Of a DNA stretch of 64,000 bases, positions 34,015 to 46,931 are shown piece by piece. The first letter of the stretch is position 1. Each line of letters starts with the position of its first letter. The notes beneath the pieces are model-generated. The model made no database searches, was not told where the DNA came from, and saw nothing but the letters and a program-made list of their open reading frames with translations. A program made the translations under genes and the position numbers. Source of the stretch: Octopus bimaculoides (taxonomy: Eukaryota); contig NC_068992.1 in the NCBI RefSeq assembly GCF_001194135.2, positions 59,473,824 to 59,537,823 of the forward strand, read 5' to 3'.

Positions 34015-37000
34015 CTATATAGATATATACAATGAGCTTCTTTCAGTTTCCATCTATCAAATCCACTCACAAGGCTCATTCTGAGGCTATAATGAAAGAC
34101 ACTTGCCCAAGGTACCATGCAGTAGGACTGAACCTGGAACCACATGGTTGGGAAGCAAGCTTCTTACCATACAGCCATGCCTGCGCCTTTATATATAAAA
34201 CCAGTGCAAAAGGGGAGGGACTGAAGTGAGTGGACACGAGTAGAGGCGGGGGTGTTAGGAGGCTGTGTTGTGGGGGAAGGGATTTGACGGATACATTGTG
34301 TGCAGGTAGGTTAGTGAAGATGTGAAGTGAGAGTGGTAGGTAGAGGGGGATGAGAAATAGAGGGAGTGGTGAACATGGGTGGAGGTGTTTGGGTTATGAT
34401 GGTATGTGGCACAGCTGGTTGTGTCATGATCTGAACCAGTCTTTATTTGAAGTTCCTGTTTTTCTTGGTATGGTTAAAGGACCATGTCTTCCTGTACATT
34501 TTGGCAAGATTTCTTCAGCTGGATTCCCTTTCTAACACCAAACAATTACAGGGTGTACTGGATGCATTTAATGTGGCAGCGGTGCTAGAGAAGCTGCCTT
34601 GTTGCCTGTCAGACCAAAGAGTTCTCTTTGGATTATATCTTCTCAGTTCTATATTCTTTTGTTTTATATTTTAGGTAACCAAACTGATCAAGGCTGACAA
34701 ATGTAATTTGCAGGCGCAAAAAATACTCTTTGATGCAATTGGATTCAAGTTTCTTGTTCGGCTGCTGCGTACAGGTAAGACAACACACAAACATCTCTGT
34801 TAATTGTTAATTATTAAATGGCTTGTAGTTAAGAAGTTCTCTTCCCATCCAAGTGAGTTTGTGTTCAGTCTCATTGCAAGGCACCTTGAGCAAGTGTCTT
34901 CTACTAAAGCTCCAGGCTGACTAAAGCCTTGTGAGTGGACCTGGTAGATGGAAACTAAAAGAAGCCTATTGTATATGTGTGTGTGTAGGTAGGTATTTCC
35001 TGTCTTCTGTCTGGCGATGGAGAAGCATTACTTTGCTCGGAAACATTTGAGGGTTAGTGACAGGAAGGGCATCCAGCCATAGAAAATCTGCTTCAATAAA
35101 TTCTCTGCAATCTGTGCAAGCATAGAAAAAATTGGACATTAAATGATGATGATGATATACATGTTTGCATGAACTTATATTTACCACTTGTCTGCACATC
35201 CATTTCACTCACTTGTAAATGGTATTATTTGCTTGCAGCTCACTATGGAAGCATGTTTAGGTTTCTTGACATGTGAAAACTTTGTAAAGAAAAGGTTTGC
35301 TTTGAACACGTTTGTTTCCAGTTCTTCATATAAGCATAACTGGGCTCTTTGTTCTTTGATAGATTAGGAAATTATTACCTCACTTGGTAATAAGTGGTGG
35401 ATGGGAACAAAAAGGGCAACTGGCGATAGAAAACTCTCCCCAACATTTGTCTAACCCATGCAAACATAGAAAAATAGTAGTTAAAACCATGATGATGCAT
35501 GTGTAAATGTCTGTTAAGCCTGATGTAGGGCCAGTGGTTATCTCGATTTTCATAGTGTGACACATCACTGTTGTTTAGCATCTGTTTTCCATTCTGGCAT
35601 GGGTTGGACGGTTTGACAGGAGCTAGCAAGCCAGAAGACTTCACCAAGATACTGCCCTAGATACTTTATATGAAGGTTTCATTAGATTCCTACAACTCCA
35701 TGGGTTACATAGATCTCTATTTGGCTGTGTGGTAAGAAGTTTGCTTCCCAAACACATGGTTCTGGGTTCAGTCTCACTGTGTCATAACACTTTGGACAAG
35801 TGCTTTCTACTATAGCCCTAGGTCAATCAAAACTTTGTGTGTGAATCTGATAGACGGAAACCGAAAGAAGCTTGCCTCTGTGTGTGTTTGATGAGTGAGT
35901 GTCTGTTTGTATCTCCTTGTCCTGACATTGCATGATAGTTGTAAAATGATTGTCACTGTCATACAAGCTGTTTCGTTCATTTCCAATATTCTGCAGGCCT
36001 TGTGCTAAAATGTGAACATGTCTGGCCATGGGAAAACATTGCTTTGTTTCGAAACAGTCGAGGGTTGGCAACAGGAAAGGCATCTAGCCAAAGAAAATCT
36101 GTCTCAATAAACTCTGTCTGATCCATACAAGCATGAAAAAGTGGATGTTAAAACAATGATTATTTTATAATTTCATTCTAGGTTTACTCTCATCTCTGAC
36201 GTTTATATTTTCAGCTAAAGTACCTGAAGGATGCAATAACTACATCTATAAGTCTTTGTCTCTCACCATTCTCTCCAGTTTCTCTGGATTACAAGAAGTG
36301 GTAAGTCTCTGTTAGTGTTACTATATTATGTGGGGGGTTTTTTGTCCTCTTCCCCCTAAGTTGTACTGTATGTATATCTATGTATTGTTGATATTTTGTC
36401 CTAATATTTAGGACATGAAGAATGGTATAGCTCTTATTTTAAAGTGCAAACTTCATGACTATAATTGTAAATTTTATTCACCATTCAGTGAAAACCCCTT
36501 TTATATCTTAAAGATTCTCAATGCTAAATTTGTAGATGATAATGGTAATAATAATAATAATGATAATAATAATAATGGTTTCAAATTTTGGCACAAGGCC
36601 AGCAGTTCCAGGGAAAGGAGTAAGTTTAATTGCATCAACCCCTGTGCTCAACTGGAACTTATTTTATCAACCCTGAAAGGATGAAAGACAAAGTTGACCT
36701 AAGCAGAATTTGAACTCAGAATGTAAAGATGGAGAAAATGCTTGGCATGCTAACTTGTTGCCTTTAATCCTTTCTACTATAGGCACAAGGCTCGATATTT
36801 TGTGCGAGGGGGGATAGTCGAGTGCATCAACCCCCAGTGCTTAACTGGTACATATTTCATTGACCTTGATAGGGCAAAAGGTAAATTTAGCCTTGGCGGG
36901 ATTTGAACTAAAAAATGCTTAGTAGTGTTTTGTCCGACATGCTACTGATTCTCCCAGTTCACCACTTAATAATAATAATAATAATTTCTGACATAGGCAC

Positions 37001-40000
37001 AAAGGTCAGAAGTTTGTGGGGAATTGCAACCCCTGAAAGGTGAAGCCGAACTCTTACAATTCTGAACCCTTGTATCTATCTATGTAAGATAAGAACTAAT
37101 ACAGGAATTACGTGAATGTCTTTTGTTGCCCTATTTCTGTCTTTTAATTCCAGAAGGAAGATCCTCGGATGTTGACCTCTGTCCCACTCATTTTAGATGT
37201 CCTCGTCTCTTGTCTCAAGTAAGTGATATATTTTATTTTACTCACACACCCATTCATCCTCCCCACTGGCTCACTCAACTTCTCCAGTACCCAGTACACT
37301 TACTGAGAACCCCCCCCCCCACTTCCCTTTCACATTTACATCTCTCTCTTTCTACCTCAGGCAATCAAGTTTCCCCTCTAATGCAAGACTCTGCTTTCTG
37401 TCCCTCAGTACTACAACCCCCACCTCAGTCGAGGAGGGCCTTGTCTTGCAAGTTACTTGGTGGCCTCACTGATGCTGGTGCCACTTAAAGAAAAAACACC
37501 CTATAGACTCTGTTGGCATTAGGAAGAGCATCTAGCCATAGAAACCATGCCAAAGCAGACTTCAGGGTTTGGTGCACCCCTCTGGTTTGCCAGCTCTTGT
37601 CAAATTGTCCAGCCCATGTCAGCAAGCATAGAAAACCGATGTTAAATTATGATGATGATAAGCAGTCCTCCCTCCAACAACCCTACTTTGTCACCACCAT
37701 TACCACCACCACCACTAGTAACTTACTATATTTCTGTTTACCACCACTACCACCATGTCTTTCCCACCACCATGAACCACACATCTGTTTATCACCATCT
37801 ATGGTATATTTATATGAGTGTGTGTGTATGTGTATACACACACATACATACACCAGATTTCTATACATGCTATCCTGTCAAATACTTTCTCCATGTCAAT
37901 GAAGGCCATAGTGTTATATATCTATTTCTGTATATATTCCATTGTAATTGTAATGGTAGAAAAGTTTTGTGTTATAAATTTCTTTCACACAGTATCGAAC
38001 AAACACAGGATGACAACGAACTGACAGAAGGAGAGTTCAAATCCATGATTGACAGTTGCTACGACTGTTTAACAGCTGTTTGTATGACAGACAAAGGAAG
38101 GACGGTTTTAATCGACTCCAGATCTGTGTCTCAGTTGTGCACCTGCTACATACATGCAACATACGGTACAGTAGTGAGAGTTTCAACTTTTATATACAAG
38201 GTGGTATCAAAAAGTTCCCAGACTAGTTCTGCAGCGTGCCAACAGATGGCAGCACATGGTTGTGTGTGCAGTGGGAGCTAGCAGCGATCCATGTGAGGCA
38301 GTGTGATGTGAGACATTGCTGTGTTAACTTCACAAGATGTGAAATTTGTGTTTTTGTGATCACATGTATGCTGCAGTCTGTGATTTTGTTATAGGTAGGA
38401 AGTTGGAACAAAGAGCCAACGTGAAATTTTGTGTTAGACTTGGGAAGTCTGCTACAGAGACATTGAGCATGCTTCGGCAAACTTACAGCAACAAGGCAAT
38501 AGGTTGCATGCAATGTTTTGAGTGGCTTGGAGGCTTCAAAGGCAGAAGAACATCTCTGGAAAATGATGAATGGTCTAGAAGATCTGCCATGAGCATCGTC
38601 CCTGGAAATGTGGAGAAAATTCACCAGCTTGTGTTTGAGAATCGTCAGAGGACAATCAGTGATGTTACTGATGTTGTTGGTCTGTTGTATGGGTCTGTGC
38701 GGGCAATCCTAATGTCTGGATTCTTCACAACGACAATGCACCCTGTTACCGGGCTCTCTTCACTCATAAGTTTCTTGCCAAAACCAACATAGTACCACTT
38801 CTGCACTTGACCCATTCACCAGATTTAACACCTGCAGACTTCCAACTCTTCCCCAAGATGAAAATGCAGCTCAAAGCTCACCATCTTAACACTGTTGTTG
38901 AGATCAAGTGCAAATTACAGAACGTCCTCGACTCACTTACAAAAGATGTCTTCCTGGATTCTAAAAGTGGCAGAAATGCTGGGACCAGTGTATTGTTGCT
39001 CAAGGTGACTATTTTGAAGGAGTTGATGTTAAAACTTAGCTAAAATAAGTTATTTTTTTAATAAAGATAACTAGTCCGGGAACTCTTTGATACCACCTCA
39101 TAGATCTGTGGATATGTGTTTCTGTTTATGTGCCTTTGTACCTGTGTATGTGTTTATCTGTGTGTGCCTCTATATCTGTGTATGTGTCTCTGAGTGTATG
39201 TGTATTTGTCTCTATCTCTCTGTGGTATGAGTCTATGTCTGTATGTGTATATGTGTTCTCTCCGTATGTGCTTCTATATTTGTGTGTGTATATACCTGTA
39301 TATCTGTGTGTATCTTTTATCATTTTATCCTTTTCTTGTTTCAGTCATTTAACTTTTTCATCATCACCTCCTCCCCTCTTAAAAGTTTTTGTCTTGCATG
39401 TACTTGGTAACCCTGTCAGGACAGGTGCCACTTAAAAGCATCCAGTCCACACTCTTGGAGTGGTTGGTGTTTGGAAGGGCATCCAGCTGTAAAGACCTTG
39501 CCAAAACTGACCTTGCCTGTGCTTGTGCCACATAAAAGCACTAAGTCTGCTCTCTTGATGTTAGGAAGGACATCTAGCTGTAAAAATCCTGCCATAACAA
39601 TCACAGAAGTCTGGTGCAGGCTTTGGCCTGGCTGGCTCTTATGGTACCGTCCCACCCATGCATGGAACATGGATGTTAAATGATGATGATGATATATGAC
39701 ATACAGACACAAACATGTACACAAAGACAGACACACATACACATAACAGCACATACATACAAATAGAGAGGCATACACATAGATGCATACACATAGATGC
39801 ATACACATACATGTGAGCGGGCTGTTTAGCTTAATTGTAGAGTACTCAGCTGGTATGTGAGGGCTACAGGTTCAACTTCCGTAGCTGCCTGCTGGCAACA
39901 TTTTATTGGCTTAGCTGTAGCTGTGTGGGAAGAAGCTTGCTTCTCAACAACGTGGTTTTGAGTTTAATCCCATTACATGGCATCTTGAGGAAGTGTCCTC

Positions 40001-43000
40001 TACTATAACCTCGAGCTGAGCAAAGCCTTATGAGTGGATTTGGTAGATGGAAACTGAAAGAAGCCCATCATATATATGTGTGTGTTTGTGTATGTGTGTT
40101 TGTCCCCCCCCCCCATTGGCATTTGCCAAAAGAGACCAAAAGAATAAGTACTAGGCTTAAAAATTAAAACCCCTCAAGGCAGTGCCCCAGCATGACCACA
40201 GTCAAATAGCTGAAACAAATAAAAGAATAAAAGAATCAGTGATTATGGTTAATAGCTCTAATAGGTTTGTTCTTAAAAATTTATTTCAAAACATTTTTTA
40301 TTGCTTTCCTTGTACAGGTAACCACCGAGCTTTGGTTATAATCCAGCAGATTATCTCAACAAATGGTGCTGAAGTTTGGACAAAGAATATGAAAGGTCTC
40401 CAAGAGTTACTGGGTTATTTAGGAGAGAATTTCTCCCGCTCAAAAGTAAGTCAATGCAAATATATGTAAGTATGTGTGCGTGTACCTTTGTCTTGATATC
40501 ATGTGATGGTTGTAAACGAGCATCACCATCATACAAGTGATGTTATTTCCAGTCTTCCACAAAGAATAAGCTTGGCTATGGTGAAATATTATTTTGCTTA
40601 GAAACAGATGAGGGCAGGTGACAGCAAGGGCATCCAGCCATAAAAGAAAAATCTGCCTCAATAAACTCCGTCCGGTTCATATAAGCACGGAGAAGTGTTT
40701 GTTAAATGGTATAATGGTCTTGTTTCAGTTTCCATCTACCGAATCTACTCACGACACTTTTATCAGCCTGGGACTATAGTAGAAGACACTTGAACAAAGT
40801 GCCATGGAGCAGGACTTAGCCTGATGCCATGTGATTGAGAATATCTGATATTCACCATTTCTTCTCTGCCTTAAGCTTTGAGTGATCAAATTAATCTGTC
40901 AAATGTAATACTTTTTTTATTCAGATTGTTTTGGATTAATTATGCATTATATCTCATAGCTTCAGAACTTTGATGTGGTGTATTTTTAGAACAACAATGA
41001 AATGAAATTATTATTATTATTATTTTTTTTTTTTTTTTGCAGGAAGTTGACAAATTCCAGTTTTGTGATATTCTTGCCAGTGTATTCACCAGTGTCTCAA
41101 AGGTTTGTATTACGGATTGTGGTTTTCCTTCTCAATATTTCTAAAACCATTACTACACAGGGAGATTGAACTGGGGATCTTATGATTACAAAGCAAACTT
41201 CTTAATCATTCAACCATGTTGTGTCCCATATTCAAGGATGGCATCATCACTTTTTTTTTATCATTTAATGTCTGAGTTGGATGGAATCTGTTGAGACGAA
41301 GCAGGATGCCCTTCCTGTCACCAATCCTCACCTGTTTCTAAGACAGGCAGTATTTCCTCATGACCAGACATGTTTTCATGGATGACGGGAAACAAGGGAC
41401 ACTATTTGTATGGCGCTGCTGCTTGTTTATAGCTATCACACAATGTCAAGACAAGGAGATGTAGGTTCTAGTCCCATTGGCAGCCTTTGATTTTTGTTTC
41501 TCTCTAAAACTGATTTTTAACTCAATATTTACACGCTATCATTTATAGCTTTATTTGCTTCAAGATCCACCGTCCCCCAAAAAAGATCTATTTCATGTTC
41601 TCTTGAAGTTTATTAATTTCTTATGACATCAACATACAATTTTCATTGGTAAGAATAAAATTTCTAGAATAGAAAAAATTGAAAAATTGCTTTGGTCTAA
41701 TGGTAGAACATCTGTCATGTCTACAGTGGGAGGTGGGTTCAAATCCTATAGGCTGCCTACAACTTTTTTATCCAAACGAGTTTTTTAACCTAATTCTTCT
41801 AATAATTACATGCTGTTGTTTATAACTTTATCTGCTTTGAGATTCACCATTCCAAAAAAAGAATATATTGTTATTGTTGTTTAGGACCAAATTCCAGCAG
41901 GTAACTTCAGTTGGCAGAAAAATATTCCCCAAGGATTTATGGATTTGATTAAGTCACGTCTAGGTTTGTAAACCATTTTCTCTACTTTTAATCTTTTAAC
42001 GCTAAAAGTATTTTTTACCATAAATGTGACGTTCCTTATTATACAACCACAACATTGATTTTACAGAAGATTTGTTTCCAAGACTTTCCAAACAAGTGGT
42101 GGTCATTTTGGTCAACACACACTAAATTAAACAAATATTAAATTTACATAAATAATCAAATGAAATACAGGTACGTTAATATAAATCAGTGGTTACCAAA
42201 ATTTTTCGGGCTGCCACCTGCCTTGACACCCAGGCCACTTTCCTAGTGACCCCACCCCAATTAACCATCACAAACTTAGATCTCTTTCTGCAGCCAATTC
42301 AAAGCAACTGTATTTCACAAATAAAACCTAACCTAATGAACCCATTATTTTGTTGTTTTTACATAAATCACTATTCCCTTATCACCCCAGTTTTTACATA
42401 AATCACTACCTTATTATCACCCCATTTGTTTTCAACATCCCCTTGGAACTTTCCACTGCCCCCAGGAGGGCAATACCGCCCACTTTAGGAACCACTAATA
42501 TAAATGATACAAGTTTATTGATGCTGTATTGTACAAGGTACTGTTAAACAGAGCTGTTCAGTCAATTAGTCTGGTGGCCATGGGAGTTTGAAGTTCCTGT
42601 TTGTAAATTGGTGCAGATTATTAAGAGGTTCCAAACCATCAATGTTTGGAAAGTTGATGTTGTACTAGGATTTGTATCTCTCTATCATTTCTGTCATAGT
42701 TTTTACATCCATTTTTGCCTATGCTAGCTTGAATCAGACGTGTCTTCTGATAATGTTCTATGATCAGATACATTTCCTTACACCAAAATTTACTCAGTGG
42801 TCCAATCATTTATTAGCTTCTGGATGTGTGGTTAAGAAGCTTGTTTTTTCCCAAATATGTGGTTTTCGGTTCAGTTTGATTGCACTGCAATTTGGGTAAG
42901 GGTCTTGCTACTATAGCTCTGGGCCGACCAAAACCTTGCGAGTGGATCTGGTCGACAAACACGAAAAGAAGTCCATCACACACACACACACATATATGTG

Positions 43001-46000
43001 TGTGTAAATATATATATATATACTGTAGATCAGATAAACAAGCACAGGTGTGGCTGTGTGGGAAGAAGCTTACTTCCCAACCACATGGTTCCAGGTTCAG
43101 TCCCACTGTGGGATACCTTGGGCAAGCATCTTCTACTATTATCTTGGGCTGACCAAAGCCTTGTGAGTGGATTTGGTAGATGGAAACTGCAAGAAGCCCG
43201 TCGTGTATGTATATATATGTATATGTATGTGTTTGTGTGTCTGTTTGTCCCCCCAACATCGCTTGACAACCAATGCTAGTGTGTTTACATCCCCCGTAAC
43301 TTAGCGATTCGGTAAAAGAGACCGATAGAATAAGTACTAGGCTTACAAAGAATAAGTCCTGGGATTAATTTGCTCGACTAAAGGCGGTGCTCCAGCATGG
43401 CCACAGTCAAATGGCTAAAACAAATAAAAGAGTATATAAATAAAGGTTTCTTTTAGTTTCCATCTACCCAATTCACACAAAGGCTTTGTTGTCCTGGGGC
43501 TATAGTAGAAAACATTTACCCAATGTTCCAATTTGTGGGACTGAACTTGAAGCCATACTCTAATCATTGATTGGAAAATATGACTCTCCGTGGTTGCTTG
43601 ATATCCTAGAAATAACAGCCGTACATCCCGAGTATCATATACTTGTATCTCAGTTTTTAAAAAATATTTTTTGGTAAGTGTTACTAAATTATTTCCCTAT
43701 ATTTTCAGAACAGAAGCAAAGGGAATCGGTATTAATGCTAATCTCTGTGATTGTTGAGAGTTTAGGACCAGAATTTTTGCTGCCTCCAAATCTCCCTGAT
43801 GCAAAACCATTTCTTTTAGCCATAAACCTGAATTCAGTGGAAGTTGGAATGATCATTCCATTTTCTCCTTTGGGACAGGTAAATATAATTAACATTTTGA
43901 CTGTTTCTTTTCGATATAGAATGATGGGACACAGGGGCCAGTGAAGGATGAGAGTGACAGGGTGAGAGGAGTGAGGGAAATGGAAGGAAAGTAAGAGTGA
44001 AAACTGAGGAAGATGATAGAAAATGTGATGAGGACAAGGGAGCTGATAATAAAAGGGGATGGAGAGAATAGAGTAGAATGGAGAAGATGGGAAATAAGAG
44101 CCAGTGCTGAATGTTGTGAAGAGAAATGGGATGAAATGGTTGTGTCAATAAAATTGTGCATAAAGTATATAAAATGCATTAAGTAACCATATTCCAATTT
44201 CCTTCACTTTTCAATGATTAGCAGAGGAGCGACCATCTTTTGATACAGACTCAATACAGGCCAAGCTTTCAGGTTTTATGGATCAAGTTTTCAGAAATAA
44301 CCCAATAGGTTTACTATTCATGGGTCCTGCTACTTTACCATTGTGCTACTTCATTCACTTTCTTGTAACTCTGGGTATCCTCTGACACATCCTCACCATC
44401 ACTTTCTTTCTTTTCCATCTGGGGTAACTGTATATCTCTCTGCAACAAGACACCTATTCCTATCCCTCTAACCTACTTTAGCTCCTCGTTGCCTAGCATA
44501 AAGCCACCTCCCTCAATACTACACCTGTTTCAGTCAAGGAGTTCTTGTTTGGCAAGTTACTTGATATCTTCAGTAGTGCCGGTGCCACGTAAAAAGCAGC
44601 CAGTACACTCTGCAAAGTGATTGACATTAGAAAGGGGACCCAGCCACAAACCATGCCAAAGCGGATGTTAGAGCTTGATATAATAACCCTATAGTATTCA
44701 AATGATTTTGTCAAATGTAATGATTATTTATTACCTCCGCCGAGGAAGGAGGTTATGTTTTCATCGGCGTTGGTTTGTCCGTCTTTCTGCAAAATAACTC
44801 AAAAAGTTGTGAACGCTATTTGATGAAACTTGCAGGAAAAGTTGGTAACAATACAAAGAACAGATGATGAAATATGGTAGTGATCCGGGAATTTTTATGG
44901 ATTCTTGAAGGATTTTTCATTTGTTATATTTACTTTACATAAATTATTGTTATGTTCTTTGATTATCTCCCTTGAAAACACATTCATCGTTTCCACATAA
45001 CCTATGGTGGTGTTGCTGTTTCCAAAGTTTATTTTCGTTTCTCTATTAGTAATTTTATTTGCGTTGTGTGTGTATCAGTCAAGTTTTAGGTAATTGTTGT
45101 TTCTTTTTAGTTGTATGGTGAAACNNNNNNNNNNNNNNNNNNNNNNNNNNNNNNNNNNNNNNNNNNNNNNNNNNNNNNNNNNNNNNNNNNNNNNNNNNNN
45201 NNNNNNNNNNNNNNNNNNNNNNNNNNNNNNNNNNNNNNNNNNNNNNNNNNNNNNNNNNNNNNNNNNNNNNNNNNNNNNNNNNNNNNNNNNNNNNNNNNNN
45301 NNNNNNNNNNNNNNNNNNNNNNNNNNNNNNNNNNNNNNNNNNNNNNNNNNNNNNNNNNNNNNNNNNNNNNNNNNNNNNNNNNNNNNNNNNNNNNNNNNNN
45401 NNNNNNNNNNNNNNNNNNNNNNNNNNNNNNNNNNNNNNNNNNNNNNNNNNNNNNNNNNNNNNNNNNNNNNNNNNNNNNNNNNNNNNNNNNNNNNNNNNNN
45501 NNNNNNNNNNNNNNNNNNNNNNNNNNNNNNNNNNNNNNNNNNNNNNNNNNNNNNNNNNNNNNNNNNNNNNNNNNNNNNNNNNNNNNNNNNNNNNNNNNNN
45601 NNNNNNNNNNNNNNNNNNNNNNNNNNNNNNNNNNNNNNNNNNNNNNNNNNNNNNNNNNNNNNNNNNNNNNNNNNNNNNNNNNNNNNNNNNNNNNNNNNNN
45701 NNNNNNNNNNNNNNNNNNNNNNNNNNNNNNNNNNNNNNNNNNNNNNNNNNNNNNNNNNNNNNNNNNNNNNNNNNNNNNNNNNGGAACAGCCTGCTCGTGA
45801 AATTAATGTGCAAGTGGCTGAGCACTCCACAGACACGTGTACCCTTAACGTAGTTCTCGGGGAGATTCAGCGTGACACAGTGTGACAAGGCTGACCCCTT
45901 GAATTACAGGCACAACAGAAACAGGAAGTAAGAGTGAGAGAAAGTTGTGGTGAAGGAGTACAGCAGGGTTCACCACCATCCCCTGCCGGAGCCTTGTGGA

Positions 46001-46823
46001 GCTTTTAGGTGTTTTCGCTCAATAAACACTCACAACGCCCGGTCTGGGAATCGAAACCGAGATCCTATGACCGTGAGTCCGCTGCCCTAACCACTGGGCC
46101 ATCGCGCCTCCACTATTACTATTAGGGAAAAGAAAAAATGAAATCTGGAAAGAAGTGAGTGTCCTGTCATGATTATAATTATCGTCACCACCACCACTAT
46201 CATCATCACCACCACCATCTTCACCACCACTACCACCACCACCACCACCACCACCACCATCTCCATCACCACCATTACCATCTTCAGCGTCATCTTTGCA
46301 TCTACTGTTTCCATGCTGGCATGAGTTGACCAGTATGTTGGTCAACTCGTTGCATGATAGTTGTAAGCAAGTGTCACCATCATGCAAGCAGTGTCCTTCG
46401 TTTCCAAACTTCCATGAAAAATCATGTTTAGCCATGCAGAAATATTACTCTGCTTGGAAACAAGTAAGGTTGGTGACAGGAAAGGCATCCTGCCATAGAA
46501 AATCTGCCTCAATAAACTCAACCTATGCAAGCATGGAAAAGATGTTAAACTGATGATGATGATATTTTGAAGTATGTTTAATGATGTTTCTTAATTACTA
46601 TTCTAGGTTCGTGAGAAATCAAACCAGTTGTCAGCTTATTTCAGCCTTATTGAGAACACAATCAAATTTTTGGTGAGCGGTGAAGAAGGACCACCATTTG
46701 ACCCAAGCCAAATAATTCAACTCTATTCCATCCTCACAGAGACACTGAAGTGTGTGATCCTTTTCCTGCAAGAGATAACTAAATCTTTACAGTCATTCCA
46801 GGTGTGTATATAAATGATCATAT

Positions 46824-46882
<59 letters not shown>

Positions 46883-46893
46883 TATCATATACA

Positions 46894-46931
<38 letters not shown>

